DNA of 64,000 bases from Botryllus schlosseri (taxonomy: Eukaryota). A model generated the notes under the pieces. The model saw nothing but the letters and a program-made list of their open reading frames with translations, had not been told where the DNA came from and did no database searches. The stretch lies in NCBI GenBank assembly GCA_051294905.1, contig CM119371.1, positions 27,840,001-27,904,000 on the forward strand, given 5' to 3'. Numbering within the stretch: the stretch's first letter is position 1; each line of letters opens with the position of its first letter. Shown one piece after another: positions 36,501 through 47,873 of this stretch. The translations under genes and the position numbers were made by a program.

Positions 36501-39500
36501 AGTCTGGTCACGACTCGAGTCATTGCAACCCTGGCTATAATTCTAATCTAATTAGGAAAAAGTTGTGTAGTTATAATTCTAATTCCAGTTTAATTTTTTT
36601 TTCTTTCCTGAAAATGCTACAGGAGATCTGTATCGTGCGATCTGTACCAAACTTGGTGTACAGACGTTTGCCATTCTCATTTCCTACGGAAATCAACACT
36701 GATTTACTATGGAACATACTTGATTTTGTTGCATTTTTTTCTTAATACGGAATTTATTTCCATTTCCTGTTTTTTGCGAATTCACCAATTCTAATTCAGG
36801 TCTACTTTGCTACAACTTGCAGCTCTAATTCTAATCTAATCGATTGGCTGCGTAAAAGTGTAGTAGTGTATCATACTGGAACAGTGGTTCTCGACCTTTT
36901 TGTCTTCGCGGACCCCCTTTGGACCGTTACGGACCCCCGCCCCAAGTTTTAGTTCAAATTTAGCTCAATTATCGTGCGACCGTCGTCTGTCCTGTACAAA
37001 CATTACCTGCCGGGTATAGTGATAAACAGCAACAAAATGACTTTTCTTGAAATTAACACCATACTACATATGTAGAAATTGGAATGATATATATTATTTC
37101 AAAGCGAATTCTGTAGCTCCATTTCTTGAAATTCGCGATCCTGTTTTGAGAATCCGCGTCGTCGATTTGATAAGAACTAGTTCCGAGGAACGCTTTCGAC
37201 GGCACCTTTGGATATGATCGCAACAAAATTGGCAAATAGATTTTTATGAACATACAACGGTCAGCCTATAGTCGTTTCCATGTGTGGCGAGATAGCGTAG
37301 TGTTATAATCCACAGCTACAACACCAATCGGATGCGGGTTCCGGTCCGACCGAGAATTCCTATCTAATTGTTGAAAGTCTATCTTGGCTCCTTCTCGCCA
37401 TCTAATCCGCGTAAGCGTTGTCTTGCAAAAAGCCCAGAAGTGGGCCGTGCTACAAGTCGGCAGTTAGGGAATAAAAATGAAGCATATCGGCGTGGTGTAA
37501 ATGACCATAGTAGTCGACCAACACCATGAATACTACAAACAAGCAAACATCTAGCAGCTCAATATGAAGTTATTCTGGAATAGCGGTTATGTATGTTGCA
37601 GACGAAAATGGATTTACGCAAACAATTTTTTTCCAAAGCACCAATCAAGCATCTCTGGACAGCAATATGTTTGTATCAGTACAAACTATAGGCAGCACTA
37701 TCGGCTATTCTACAATTACGATGCGTTCGCACAATATATCGTAATACTACATCTCATTCTGTTTATGTGAATCCCGAAGTTTTAGCAGCTATGAAGCGAA
37801 ACTGCCTCGTGATTTCTCTAATTAAAAAAATACATACTAGGTTATCAACCATTTTGTAAATTCAGAGGTTTCGCGGAGAAGCACTGCGCTTAGGAATTAT
37901 AGCTGTACAATCTCTGCCAATTGTTTGCTACTCGCGAGAATGCCCGTACCAGTTTGTGTTTTGTTTCCGTAGATGTACAAAACGAGGCCTCATCGATCAC
38001 CTGTCAACTTCCATCAACAAGTTCGGATACAACCCCCTCTGCTGTGGTATGACTGTGGGCGGAGTGCTAGCGATGACGCCGGGCATATACGAACTGGTAG
38101 GATATATAGACAGGCTGAGGTTGTCAATGTATTTAGTGCTGCTAGTCAAGTATAAGACATCATACGTGGACAACGAGATAACTGGACATTCTAATTCGAT
38201 ATTCAAATTGTACAATGTGTTTTTTGTCTTGGTTCAGATGAAAATATAATCTGACGATTATTGATCGATTACAAACGTATAGCTATTAGGGCGGAGCATT
38301 GACCGGAGATGGATTGGATATCCGGCTGGATTTTATCATTTTTGGCCGGAGCCGGTTAGGAGCCGGATCAGTACTTTTTCCAATACCGCCGGAACCGAAT
38401 CAGTACTTTAGGACTGCCTTACCCCCTTCCACCCTCCAATCAAGTGTTAAAGTGAAACTTTCATAGAAATAATCCACATGCCAAGTCCAAGTTGGCATAA
38501 TTACTTCAGATAAGGGTTATGCTTGACCTTTGAGTTTTCAATTTCCTGTTTGCATTGTTCCAATAGTTCTTCAATACTATCCTGTGAGCAGATAACTATT
38601 ATCGGAGTTTTTCGGACCGCAGCACGGTCATTTCCAGAATTCGGCCAAGGAGTCGTACAGTAGTTGGAACAGACAATTTGGCTATCCGCTCCGCACTAAT
38701 TAGCTATCCACATGTGGCTTGATAGCGCTGTCATTAAATGCAGGCGTGTAGCGCAATGTTACGTTACTCCGAAGAATTTGATAATGGGGCAGTAAAGCTA
38801 GCCTTGTGATATGATGTAACAACATTCTCCGTCACGGTAATAATTGTCCCTGTACGGAGGAACTGATTGGACCGTGTGCCGCTGCCAGTAAAAAAATTAG
38901 GGTATGACTACCCTCGCGCGGGCAGCACGGATTCCTTTGAAAGCCGCTTACCTTTGAAAACGCGTGCTACTGAAGGAGGAATAAATTGCATATTAAAAGC
39001 TCCCCTTACGTCGGACCATAGATTTACTAACCTACGGATAGATACGCAACTCCCGCGTTATGCTCGGGCAAGCAGTCTCTCGTATTGCGGAGCAATCTAA
39101 AAGCAGCATAATTGGTAGTGCTGTAGCCGGCGACCAGAGCGCTGAAATTTGATATAATTGGTCTTAATCGAAGGCTATAGCTTGCGACACATGGTATGAA
39201 ATTTAATAAACCTATGGTATTTAACGAGAGCTAGTGTCACACTGATTCCAACAATACGAAGTAAATTCTTGTCAAGACAACAGAACGATATCAAAACAGC
39301 CCCAAATGTATGAAAATCTTCATTGCTCCGAACAATCGTTAGACGGAATTGGTCATTGTTTAGTTCATTGTTGTTGCGGCGGTGCGATTGTTTGAACAAT
39401 ACCTATTTTCAGACTTTGGAGGCTGTTTCGGCGTGGTTCCATTGTCCGACGAGATTTTAATGTGTGTTTTCGAAATCAGTGCGACACTAGCTTTCGATCA

Positions 39501-42500
39501 AGACCAATTCTATTAAATTTCAGCGCTCTGGTCGCCAGGAATAGCGTTACCAATTATGCCACTTTTAGATTATTCAGCAACAAGAGATACTGTTTGCCCA
39601 GCGTAACCGCCGGGAGTTTCGTATCTATCTGTACATCAGTAATCTATAATTCGGACTCCCCGGTCAATTTGGATAGAGGCTTGAATGAGTAATTATAGTG
39701 AACGGACACACCAAAGAATTGTGTTTTACGGATTTAGCCTTCAGCTGGCGTTGTTCGCTTTTTCCATAAATGCGTCTCTGCCCGCTCAAACCCCTTCCCT
39801 TTCAATTCCGACTGTATTATGTTGAAATATTACCCAGTGAAAATACCGTTTTAGCCCTTGCAGCCGGGCGGCTGAAGTAATACTGTGTTTTATGAGTTAC
39901 TGTAATATGTTAACCCTATGTGTTTGTGTTACACAGTAATACAGTATGCAGTATTTGATGAATCGTGTTATTTCGAAATACTGTATAATATAGCTAACCT
40001 GAAGATATAAGTTTTGTCGATAAGGGCCAACAGCGGGCTATTGGTAATGCGTGAATGCGATTTTCCGCTTAATTCGGTCAAAAGTGGACGGTACCAACGT
40101 GTCCGAATTAAACGGAGTCGATTGTGGTTAAGTTGTGGAATCAGCCTAGCGTTCGATTTAAATTAGCTTTTGCATCATAGCTGAACGGATTTCCGAATAG
40201 CTTTTGGGGATGGGGTGGTGAAGACGACGCTTTCAACGCACGGATCAAAAAGAAAGGTCTGAAGATAGCCCGGCCGAATGCGGAGTTGGGGAGGTATCTT
40301 GCGGTAATATTGTTATAATCGCCGTTGTGTATACAGTGATGCATATCGCCTTTGCTGGCTTTATGCATCCCGTACAATAAATCGCAGGTTTCTTCAAAGT
40401 GGTCAGCGTTGCTATTACTTACTGCAATTTATACATGACTATGAGCCGTTACTCTTACGTTGGTGAAATTGTGTCGAAATTTACTCTTCACAGAAATAAT
40501 ATATAAAGGTCTATAACCTGCAGAACTAAAGATATATCCTTGTCTGATGGTTATTCGTCCATGAGTTTGTCGCTAGTATGCAAGAATCTCTCTCACGGTT
40601 TTCAGAAGCGGCCTTGGGCGGCTTTAGACATAACTAATATCTCACATTTTAACATTCATATACATAAATTGACTATAACTATTCATTGAAAAAAACAACA
40701 ACTGTCGTCTATTATATTTTTATTGCATATTTAAGGTCAATCACAGCCGCAAAAAGGCTACCTTGGAGCCGTGGTTTGGAATCACTGCAAAACCTTTGTT
40801 GGACTGCTGTTATGTTCATGCATTTACGTTGATGTCGTTTGGCTCGCATTTGTAGCCTATCGGACTAGTAATTAGTGCCAATCATTATTTCCTCGTGTTC
40901 CTTCCTTTGTATTGAACCCAGTGTTCTGTGATGCATTTCCAATTTTTTTATCGGAATGTTAATGTTGTTGTTGTTGGTATGGAATGTTTGGTGCTCGGCA
41001 GCAATGGCCTTGTGCACCAGGTCAATTAGTTATATATGCATTATTCCATTGAATCTCTCTTCCGGACAACAAAACAAATTCTATTGCCGAGGAAATCGTG
41101 GCGGGATGGGCCTATGTTAATGTGAATATGCTGTCCAAGAAAAATATATTGCATTCTTATTGGAAGTTAGTTGTATATGTTTGCTGTTCCACTATTACCA
41201 TCGAGCGTAGTAATCTGTTTGTCGCCTATTTCGATTGTTTGAAAGATAAAAACCATCTCTCTTTCTCTAGGTTCACGATGATCCATCACGGGGCCGACAG
41301 CTTGAATCCTCATAACGGCGGAAGGCTTCCCGCAGTGCGAAAATCAACAGACGCGTATGTTATAATAATGTTGTACGACAGTAATTGCTTTAGGGTTAAG
41401 GAATTGGAATTGGTGGCTTTAACGTCCAGAATACCATTTCGTCTTTGGACCTATTGAATCGGCTTGTAAAAATGCTCCTGACTCCGACCCCTTTTGTCGT
41501 ATGATCGGGCAAAATGCTCTGAAATGTCACTAAAAGTGTTAATTATAAAGAAATCTCTATAATACAGTAGGCTAGCTATGTCGAAATGGGTTCGCTTGCA
41601 CCGCAGAAGCAGGGATACATAGACTAGATTAGATTCTAAACGAGGGCTTCTTAACCAGAGGTCCGTGGACTCCTTGGGCACCAAATCAGGTGGCATTTTT
41701 GACTTGAGTATATACGCTATCAAGAGCCCAAACTTATTTGCAAACCAACAAAATGTGGAATATTTTCTTGTCGGATTTTCTTCGTGCCGGGTGCGATTTC
41801 AAGTTGATGGTCATTTTAATTTTAATATAGCTTCAATCAGAAGTTGTGTGGAAAATTGAGGGGGGTACGAGAAATTTTATTGAACGCTCAATGGATACCA
41901 GCAGTAAAAAGTTTAAGAAACACAGTTGTGGACTCTAAATCAGAGGCCCCAAAAACGCTTTTAAGGCGATCCATTTAAACAAATACTACGGATCAGTCAA
42001 ATCTTGCGAGCCAAAGTGATAGTGATAACATTATAACTGATGAAATAGTTCCGAAATTTTGACGCAAAATGAGTTTAAGCGCCGGGTAAAATGTCTTGAA
42101 TACGGGTCGTTCTGCATATATTTTCAAGTTAGGTAGTCTCCTCACGATTTTATTCATATATATTGGTATTTGTTTATCTGGGATGCAATATGCCTGAAAA
42201 CAAGTGACGGGAGTTGTAAACTACTGAACTAGATATACAGCCTATGCTACCCGCGCGATAGCGCAGAAGCTTTCTTGCTAAGTTCTCTGGAAAAGCATGC
42301 TTGGGCTCAATGCTTGGCTGATTCCAACCCGCAAGCGGAAAAAGTATCAAATTGGGATAATCTGCTTCACATAACGAATCGAGCCTGTTAATGAATTCTC
42401 GCCACTTCGCAACGACGCGCCGACGAACCGCATCCAAATATAACTTTTCACTTGACAATATTCAGTATTTCAGGATCAAAATACCGTTAAAGTAGATGCA

Positions 42501-42862
42501 GTATCAAACCATGTTAATGTACATTAGTGGAGAAAACCCAATTCAGCACTTTAGAAAAGTAAAAGTAGTTCGTTTTGGCGGGGGGTGCGTAACACAAGTT
42601 TGGTAAACAATAATCCAGAACAAGGTGGTCGTTTGATTGAAGAACTATCCGAGTCGTTTCGACTCCTTCCTATCTTACATTTCAATACAACCTTGCGTCA
42701 ACATTAACAATAAACTGACGGAAATTGAAATTTCACCGCGCGCTAATGGTTTGCAGGCTGGAGGACGACGGGCTAACTAATTTGGACACAAGTGTCGAAG
42801 AGGTGTGGATGTACGCGACGTTCGTGAAAGTCCGGGTTAACGTCGGAACTCCTCCGAAGTGA
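30032..42862 (+). CDS. GT7 glycosyltransferase gene 2, complete, 374 aa type II membrane protein; join(30032-30555,35422-35595,37973-38096,40181-40293,41271-41354,42757-42862)
   Basis: Six GT-AG exons total 1125 nt with no internal stop. Short N-tail plus hydrophobic TM (ALLFVIFALSTVCFFMYY), stem, RIAVIIPFRDR, VVEQ..FNKGRLMN, FQDVD (DxD), NGFPNSFWGWGGEDD, MIHH, DDGL. Confidence 0.95.
31343..32590. mobile_element. hAT element nested in 30967-34612
   Basis: caggggttctca / tgataacccctg; TSD gtatagtg (31335-31342, 32591-32598). Confidence 0.88.
32813..33775. mobile_element. TAGGGATGGTGTGAAC-family MITE inserted into an older copy of its own family
   Basis: Perfect TIR; TSD ctagctac (32805-32812, 33776-33783); opposite orientation to the host. 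Confidence 0.9.
35422..35595 (+). CDS. Gene 2 coding exon 2 (DxD motif)
   Basis: cag acceptor 35419-35421, gtattg donor; 174 nt; FSIFVVEQAGADTFNKGRLMNSGF...PFDCFIFQDVDTLIENDNLLYR. Confidence 0.93.
35938..36533. mobile_element. GACTCGAGTC-repeat MITE
   Basis: cagggatg / caaccctg; TSD gctataat (35930-35937, 36534-36541). Confidence 0.88.
37284..37548 (+). mobile_element. Family 1 SINE
   Basis: gtggcgagatagcgtagtg head; ggtgtaaatgaccatagtagtcgac...caaacaagcaaa tail; interrupts a hAT MITE whose uninterrupted counterpart is at ~28990-29010. Confidence 0.85.
37973..38096 (+). CDS. Gene 2 coding exon 3
   Basis: tag acceptor, gtagga donor; 124 nt; CTKRGLIDHLSTSINKFGYNPLCCGMTVGGVLAMTPGIYEL. Confidence 0.93.
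39018..39647. mobile_element. Second MULE-like MITE copy (gene 2 intron 3)
   Basis: Same long TIRs as 21893-22362. Confidence 0.8.
40181..40293 (+). CDS. Gene 2 coding exon 4
   Basis: catag acceptor, gtatct donor; 113 nt; LNGFPNSFWGWGGEDDAFNARIKKKGLKIARPNAELGR. Confidence 0.93.
41271..41354 (+). CDS. Gene 2 coding exon 5
   Basis: ctttctctag acceptor, gtatgt donor; 84 nt; FTMIHHGADSLNPHNGGRLPAVRKSTDA. Confidence 0.92.
42757..42862 (+). CDS. Gene 2 terminal coding exon
   Basis: ttgcag acceptor; LEDDGLTNLDTSVEEVWMYATFVKVRVNVGTPPK, TGA at 42860-42862. Confidence 0.92.
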
Positions 42863-43047
42863 ATTGGGCTCGTCTATCCAACAACTTGGCGCTAATGCAA
42901 GATTAAGTGTTCTCAAGTGAACCTCCACACTTACCAGATCGCTCCTACTGCCTCGTGTGGGAGACTATGCAGACTTCACACATAATTTCAGGATGGTTAT
43001 TCGTTAGCTAAGCAATTCTTGCGTATATATATAAAGTATTTTTTTAC

Positions 43048-43053
43048 AATAAA
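43048..43053 (+). promoter_or_regulatory. Probable polyadenylation signal of gene 2
   Basis: AATAAA ~185 nt after the stop codon. Confidence 0.5.
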
Positions 43054-43447
43054 AGATGACCAAGATAGTGTGAAGTATTGACAGCAACGTGCTATGCGCG
43101 CATAGGCAGCACGAATTGAACGCCCGGCACATTTATTGCTATACACAGTGCAAGGAGGCGAAACGATCAGAGTACTCGAATTCGAGTCCGAAAATGAGAG
43201 TCCCTTTTTCTCGAATAAGGAAAAGATAACCGTTACTCATCGAGAGTAATTTTTTTAAGGAAACATGGCTTCAGTCAGCGGCGTTGTAGTCAAATCACAA
43301 GTCAGTCATGTCATTTTCTACTCACCAGCAAGTCACGGAGCAAGTGGCCGAGTCAGAGGCATAGTGTTGAGACTCGAGTCCAAGTCTGCATTCATTGATC
43401 ATTATCGAGTTCAAGTCACGTTCAACTCACTTTTTTAAACTCTAGGA

Positions 43448-44000
43448 CAGTGGTTCTCATGTGGCCCGCCGGCCACGGGTTGGCCGCCTCTGCCTTAAGG
43501 CATCAAAATTGAGAAACATATTTTTCAATGAACGGCCAGCCTAACCATTTCTATCTATAGCAGCTCATCTTGAAGTTATTCCCGAATAGTGGTTATGTAT
43601 ATTACAGAAGAAAATTGACCAAATAGGCTGTTCACTAGTTTGCTGAGACAACTTGTAAACATTTCTAAGTCACCCTGATTGACCAATGACCATACTACTC
43701 TAACTTGTTATTTTATTTACTAACAGCGACAAAACATTTTCAAGTAGCAATATATATCTTTGTATCATCAGGCTTCTGTCATATTTATCAATTAAAATGA
43801 GTCTCCACAGTTGACTATTTCATTTCCGACAGCCATTTTTGTATAGCGAGTCGTAAAGTTTTACCAGTTATGAAGCGAATATTTTCTCGTGATTTACGTA
43901 ATTGAAAACATTACAAATTAGGCTATCAGTCATTTTTCAAATTAAGAGGTCTCGCGGACACGCTGAAAATGCTTCATGGACCCCCTGTTGAGAACCACTG
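43448..44000. mobile_element. hAT MITE
   Basis: cagtggttctca / tgagaaccactg; TSD ctctagga (43440-43447, 44001-44008). Confidence 0.88.
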
Positions 44001-45864
44001 CTCTAGGATGATATCGAATGCCCGGCATTGATAATAGACAAATTTTTCTCGCTCTTGTTCAAACGGATAAAATACAATGTCAGGGCTATTTTTCAAGTAT
44101 CGATCCTGATACACGAGACTCGAATGAAGTGATATACAATGTTTGGATTCGCATGACTTGTTGGAGTTACGCGCAATGATTCGAGTAGGCTTACAAGTCG
44201 AGTAAATACACAAAGTGAACCACTAGTCGAATGATTTTCCATTTTAAAAAGAAATGACTCCAGACAATGCAAAATTTCGAGGCGAATCAATACAACCCCG
44301 ACTTCAATGCTGCGTTTCCAACGCTGAATACTCTTCTCATCAAGAGTAGGGCTGAGCACAATGATTCGAGTACTAGAATATGAATCGAGTAGGCCTATTA
44401 ATTTCAATTAGTTTCTAGTATTTACAGATTATTTTTCCGAGTACTGAAATCATACGCTTCATTCCACTTTATGAGAGTGTATCCCTACCGAGATGTTGAA
44501 GGATGTTCCTCCTCGTCCGTAGCGCGTAGGCTGTGTTTCACAATAGAATGAAAGTGAGCCGTACTGAAAGTGCGCAACACGGAAATCATGATAAGTATTA
44601 TCGCCCCCGTGTTGTATGAGCTATGTAGTCGTAAGGCCATGCAGACTACACTATAACAACAACTAATGTCACTGGTACGTGGGCACTATATCCGTGCGTT
44701 GGTATTTCCTTGTCAATCGATGGCATCGTATTTTCGAAACAATGATAAAATCGTTGTCTATACCTTGCAACTCAAACTAGTCCAATGAATGCTAGACTCG
44801 GAAACGTAGTAGGCTTACCCAGCACCAAATATAATGCATGCTTGCCGCTTGTACCCTTCAACGCGTGTAGCCTATGCTTTGAACTTCTGACGACAAGCAA
44901 TAATAGACCTGAATCATGTGTTTCTGTGCACACTGCAGTGCACAGTGCACAATATGTATGGTGAGTAGAATGAGCAATTGTTATCATTTCAGCGTGAATC
45001 AGGATGATTTCGATACTTCGAGGTAGGTTGGTTTACGCGAAACGTTAGTCGGAAAATTGGGATCAATAGTGGCTAGTGGCTATTACATATATTCATCATC
45101 ATAACTTGTATGTCCCTGATTTATTTCGTCTATATTCCGTCTTTACTGCATGATGTATTTGTTTATGGGGTTATTACTTGTAAGTATGATGGTCTAGGTA
45201 GATTCTATAAAAGTGGTTATCAAACTTTTTTAGACACGCCCCCCTTTATGACAGTGGAAAATTTCGCGCCCCGTTATCGTCATATCACAAAATGCAAGCA
45301 GAATGCTAGCAATCCCAACATATAGATTGATGGCATGGAAGCTTATGACTGTTGATGAGAGAATTCTCAAATATGAATTTGGTTTATATACAGAGCAATA
45401 AGTATGGATTGGAGGTAAATCGCGCGAGACGCGAAATTTTTTGTAAATGACAACAGCTTCGCGCCCCCTTCGAACGCTTTCACGTCTGTAAGGGCGCGCG
45501 CCCCCTAATTCGAGAATTCATGTTCTAGAACAATAAGTGATAATTTGTTATCCATTGTTCCTTTCATTTTCTGTCCGTATTTGAATGGAATTAGTAATGC
45601 TACTTCATAAGAATCAATTAAATTTTCTCTGTTGGTGCAGAGATAAAATATTAAAAATGAATTAGTAGGCTGCTTGGTGATGATTTATTCTGGGGAATCG
45701 TAAAACCATCTCTTGGTTGGTTTACCTTCTCGAAGAAGTGAAGTTATTACTGGTTATACTTAGTTTTTCTACTGTAAGCATTGTCGGAAATACGTTGTCA
45801 ATGTGTTAGCAGGTTGTTATCTCTAACATACAAGACACACACATTACATGTGTGAGGTATACGT

Positions 45865-46100
45865 CAGACTTGGACAACTAGATAATTCTAGTTGTCTAAT
45901 TTCACTAAATTAGAGCGAAATCTCAGTAATCTAATTCTAATCTAATTTGGAAAAGCTGAAAATTTTCTAGTTGTCCAAGTATATGCTTGGATAACTAGAT
46001 AATTCTAGTTGTCTAATTTAACTAAATTAGAGCGAAATGCCAGTAATCTAATTCTAATCTAATTTGGAAAGGCTGAAAATTTTCTAGTTGTCCAAGTCTG
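45865..46100. mobile_element. Head-to-tail dimeric mini-MITE
   Basis: 18-bp TIR cagacttggacaactaga; two ~117-bp units; TSD gtatacgt (45857-45864, 46101-46108). Confidence 0.88.
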
Positions 46101-46164
46101 GTATACGTGCTATTAGTATTTCAATTTCTACTTTATTAAAGTCATAAATGAGTAGTCCTATCCT

Positions 46165-46492
46165 TGGGGTTACCATATCTTGAAAATCCGAAAAGCGGAC
46201 ACTTTTTGAAAATTTTCTGACTTACTATTGCTGGTGTGAAATCCGGAATAAATGGTAAATTTTTCCCGGCTTGGTGGTTAGTTGACTAACAAAAAAGGTC
46301 AACTTTCCGGTTCAAATGCCAAAATACAGTTTTTCTTTCACATTTTCCGTTGGTTGACTGAGAAGAAGAAAATAAAAGGAAAACAGTCGACCTACCGGCA
46401 ACGGACATTTGGGCGACCTCCGAGGACACTTTCAAAAACGTTTTTTTTTTAAAGACGACAAATCCTTTTAAAAGAGGACGTATGGTAACCCG
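46165..46492. mobile_element. TAGGGTTACCATA-family MITE
   Basis: ggggttaccata / tatggtaaccc; colinear with 47239-47709. Confidence 0.75.
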
Positions 46493-47238
46493 ACCAAACC
46501 TATAACATGCCCATTCCCAGCTAATATAGTCTGATGATACATTAATTGCGGATTCGTTCGTGATTCACGTTCTATTCGATCATAATAGTTTTCGCACCTC
46601 CAACAAAGTGTTTCCCCCCCCCCCCCATGACCTTCGACTAAGATATATTTAGCAACGGATTAGTCTCGATCGAATGATGGTACACCGAACAAGAATTATA
46701 AACAGGACAACAACAGTTTTGGCACTTGGAGCGTATTCGTCATTTCCACTGAAGCATGAAGTTACAACCGAGTAGAATACTAATTTCAATTTTCATGCAC
46801 GAAACACCAATCATCGTTCCACAGTGATCGTATGACATAGTTCTGTTCATGACAGCACTGCACAGGAAATGTGTGCTTCCGGCGTATGATTGAGAGCTTG
46901 ACCACATTATTGTGGACAGAAAGTGAGCCATTATCGATCGCCAGATATGTTGAAATTTGAAGGTTGCTGTCAACCACATGTGGGTTCCTCAGCCCAGAAT
47001 ATAATATATAGAGAAATTCCAGTTCATATAGCTGCATTTATAATGGAGATTTCATCTCCTTGAAATAAGAGATGGAGTCGGTATGTTGCAAACGTCTGGA
47101 GTAGGTGGGAAATGGAACCGGCTCCACAGCCCGGATCAACAATGACAAAATGACGTATTGTTGCGAAAAATGGTTTAGTGACGTCTACTTCGCCTTCCCG
47201 ACAACCTAGTTCGATTGCTCATTCCAGTCAGGTTATTC

Positions 47239-47709
47239 TAGGCTTACCATATTTTGAAAATGCAAAATGAGGACACTTTTTCAGAAATTTGCAAGATACA
47301 AAACCGGAGTAGAATTCTCAAAAACCGGTGAATTTTTCCCACTTTGCGGTCGGTTGACTAAAAAAAAAAAAAAAAAAAAAGGTCATCACTTCCGCTCAGA
47401 GCTCAAAAACACGTTTTTCACTCCACATTGCTAGGTGGACGACTAAAAAAAATAAAAAAAAAAAAAAAAAAAGGTCTTCATTTCGCTCAGAGCTGAAATC
47501 ACCGCTTTTCCTCCGAAATACCCGCCCGAGCTTCACTTCTGCGCTAATTTGCGGCATATCACTCGCAATTTCCTCTATATCTGACCTAAATTTTCAAAAA
47601 AGAGGACAAAATCTCAAAAAAGAGGACAAAAGGGCGTCCTCCGAGGACACTTTCAAAAAAGTCAGAAAAGAGGACAAATCCTCTTAAAAGAGGACGTATG
47701 GTAAGCCTA
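47239..47709. mobile_element. TAGGCTTACCATA MITE in the gene 3 3'UTR
   Basis: TIR taggcttaccata; TSD ggttattc (47231-47238, 47710-47717). Confidence 0.9.
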
Positions 47710-47770
47710 GGTTATTCCCAATACAATGAATCTTGTATTGGCGCAAAACCGCTTGACTGCCGAATTCAAT

Positions 47771-47873
47771 TCACTGCGGACGACCGACATCAACTCGGAC
47801 TTTAACGAAGGTGGGGTACATCCAAACCTCTTCGACAGTTGTGTCCAAACTATTCAGCCCGTCGTCATCCATT
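47771..47873 (-). CDS. Gene 3 terminal coding exon
   Basis: tttccag acceptor; MDDDGLNSLDTTVEEVWMYPTFVKVRVDVGRPQ, TGA at 47773-47771. Confidence 0.92.

Noticed and set aside
30032..42862. Assigning a specific symbol (B4GALT1-7 or bre-4)
   Set aside because: Family membership is clear, but the diagnostic residues match none of them; orthology needs a phylogeny
46786..47037. Minus-strand ORF with a faint ZP-N-like pattern (NNVVKLSIIRRKHTFPVQCC)
   Set aside because: No convincing splice sites or partner exons; the similarity is an impression only and needs an HMM search
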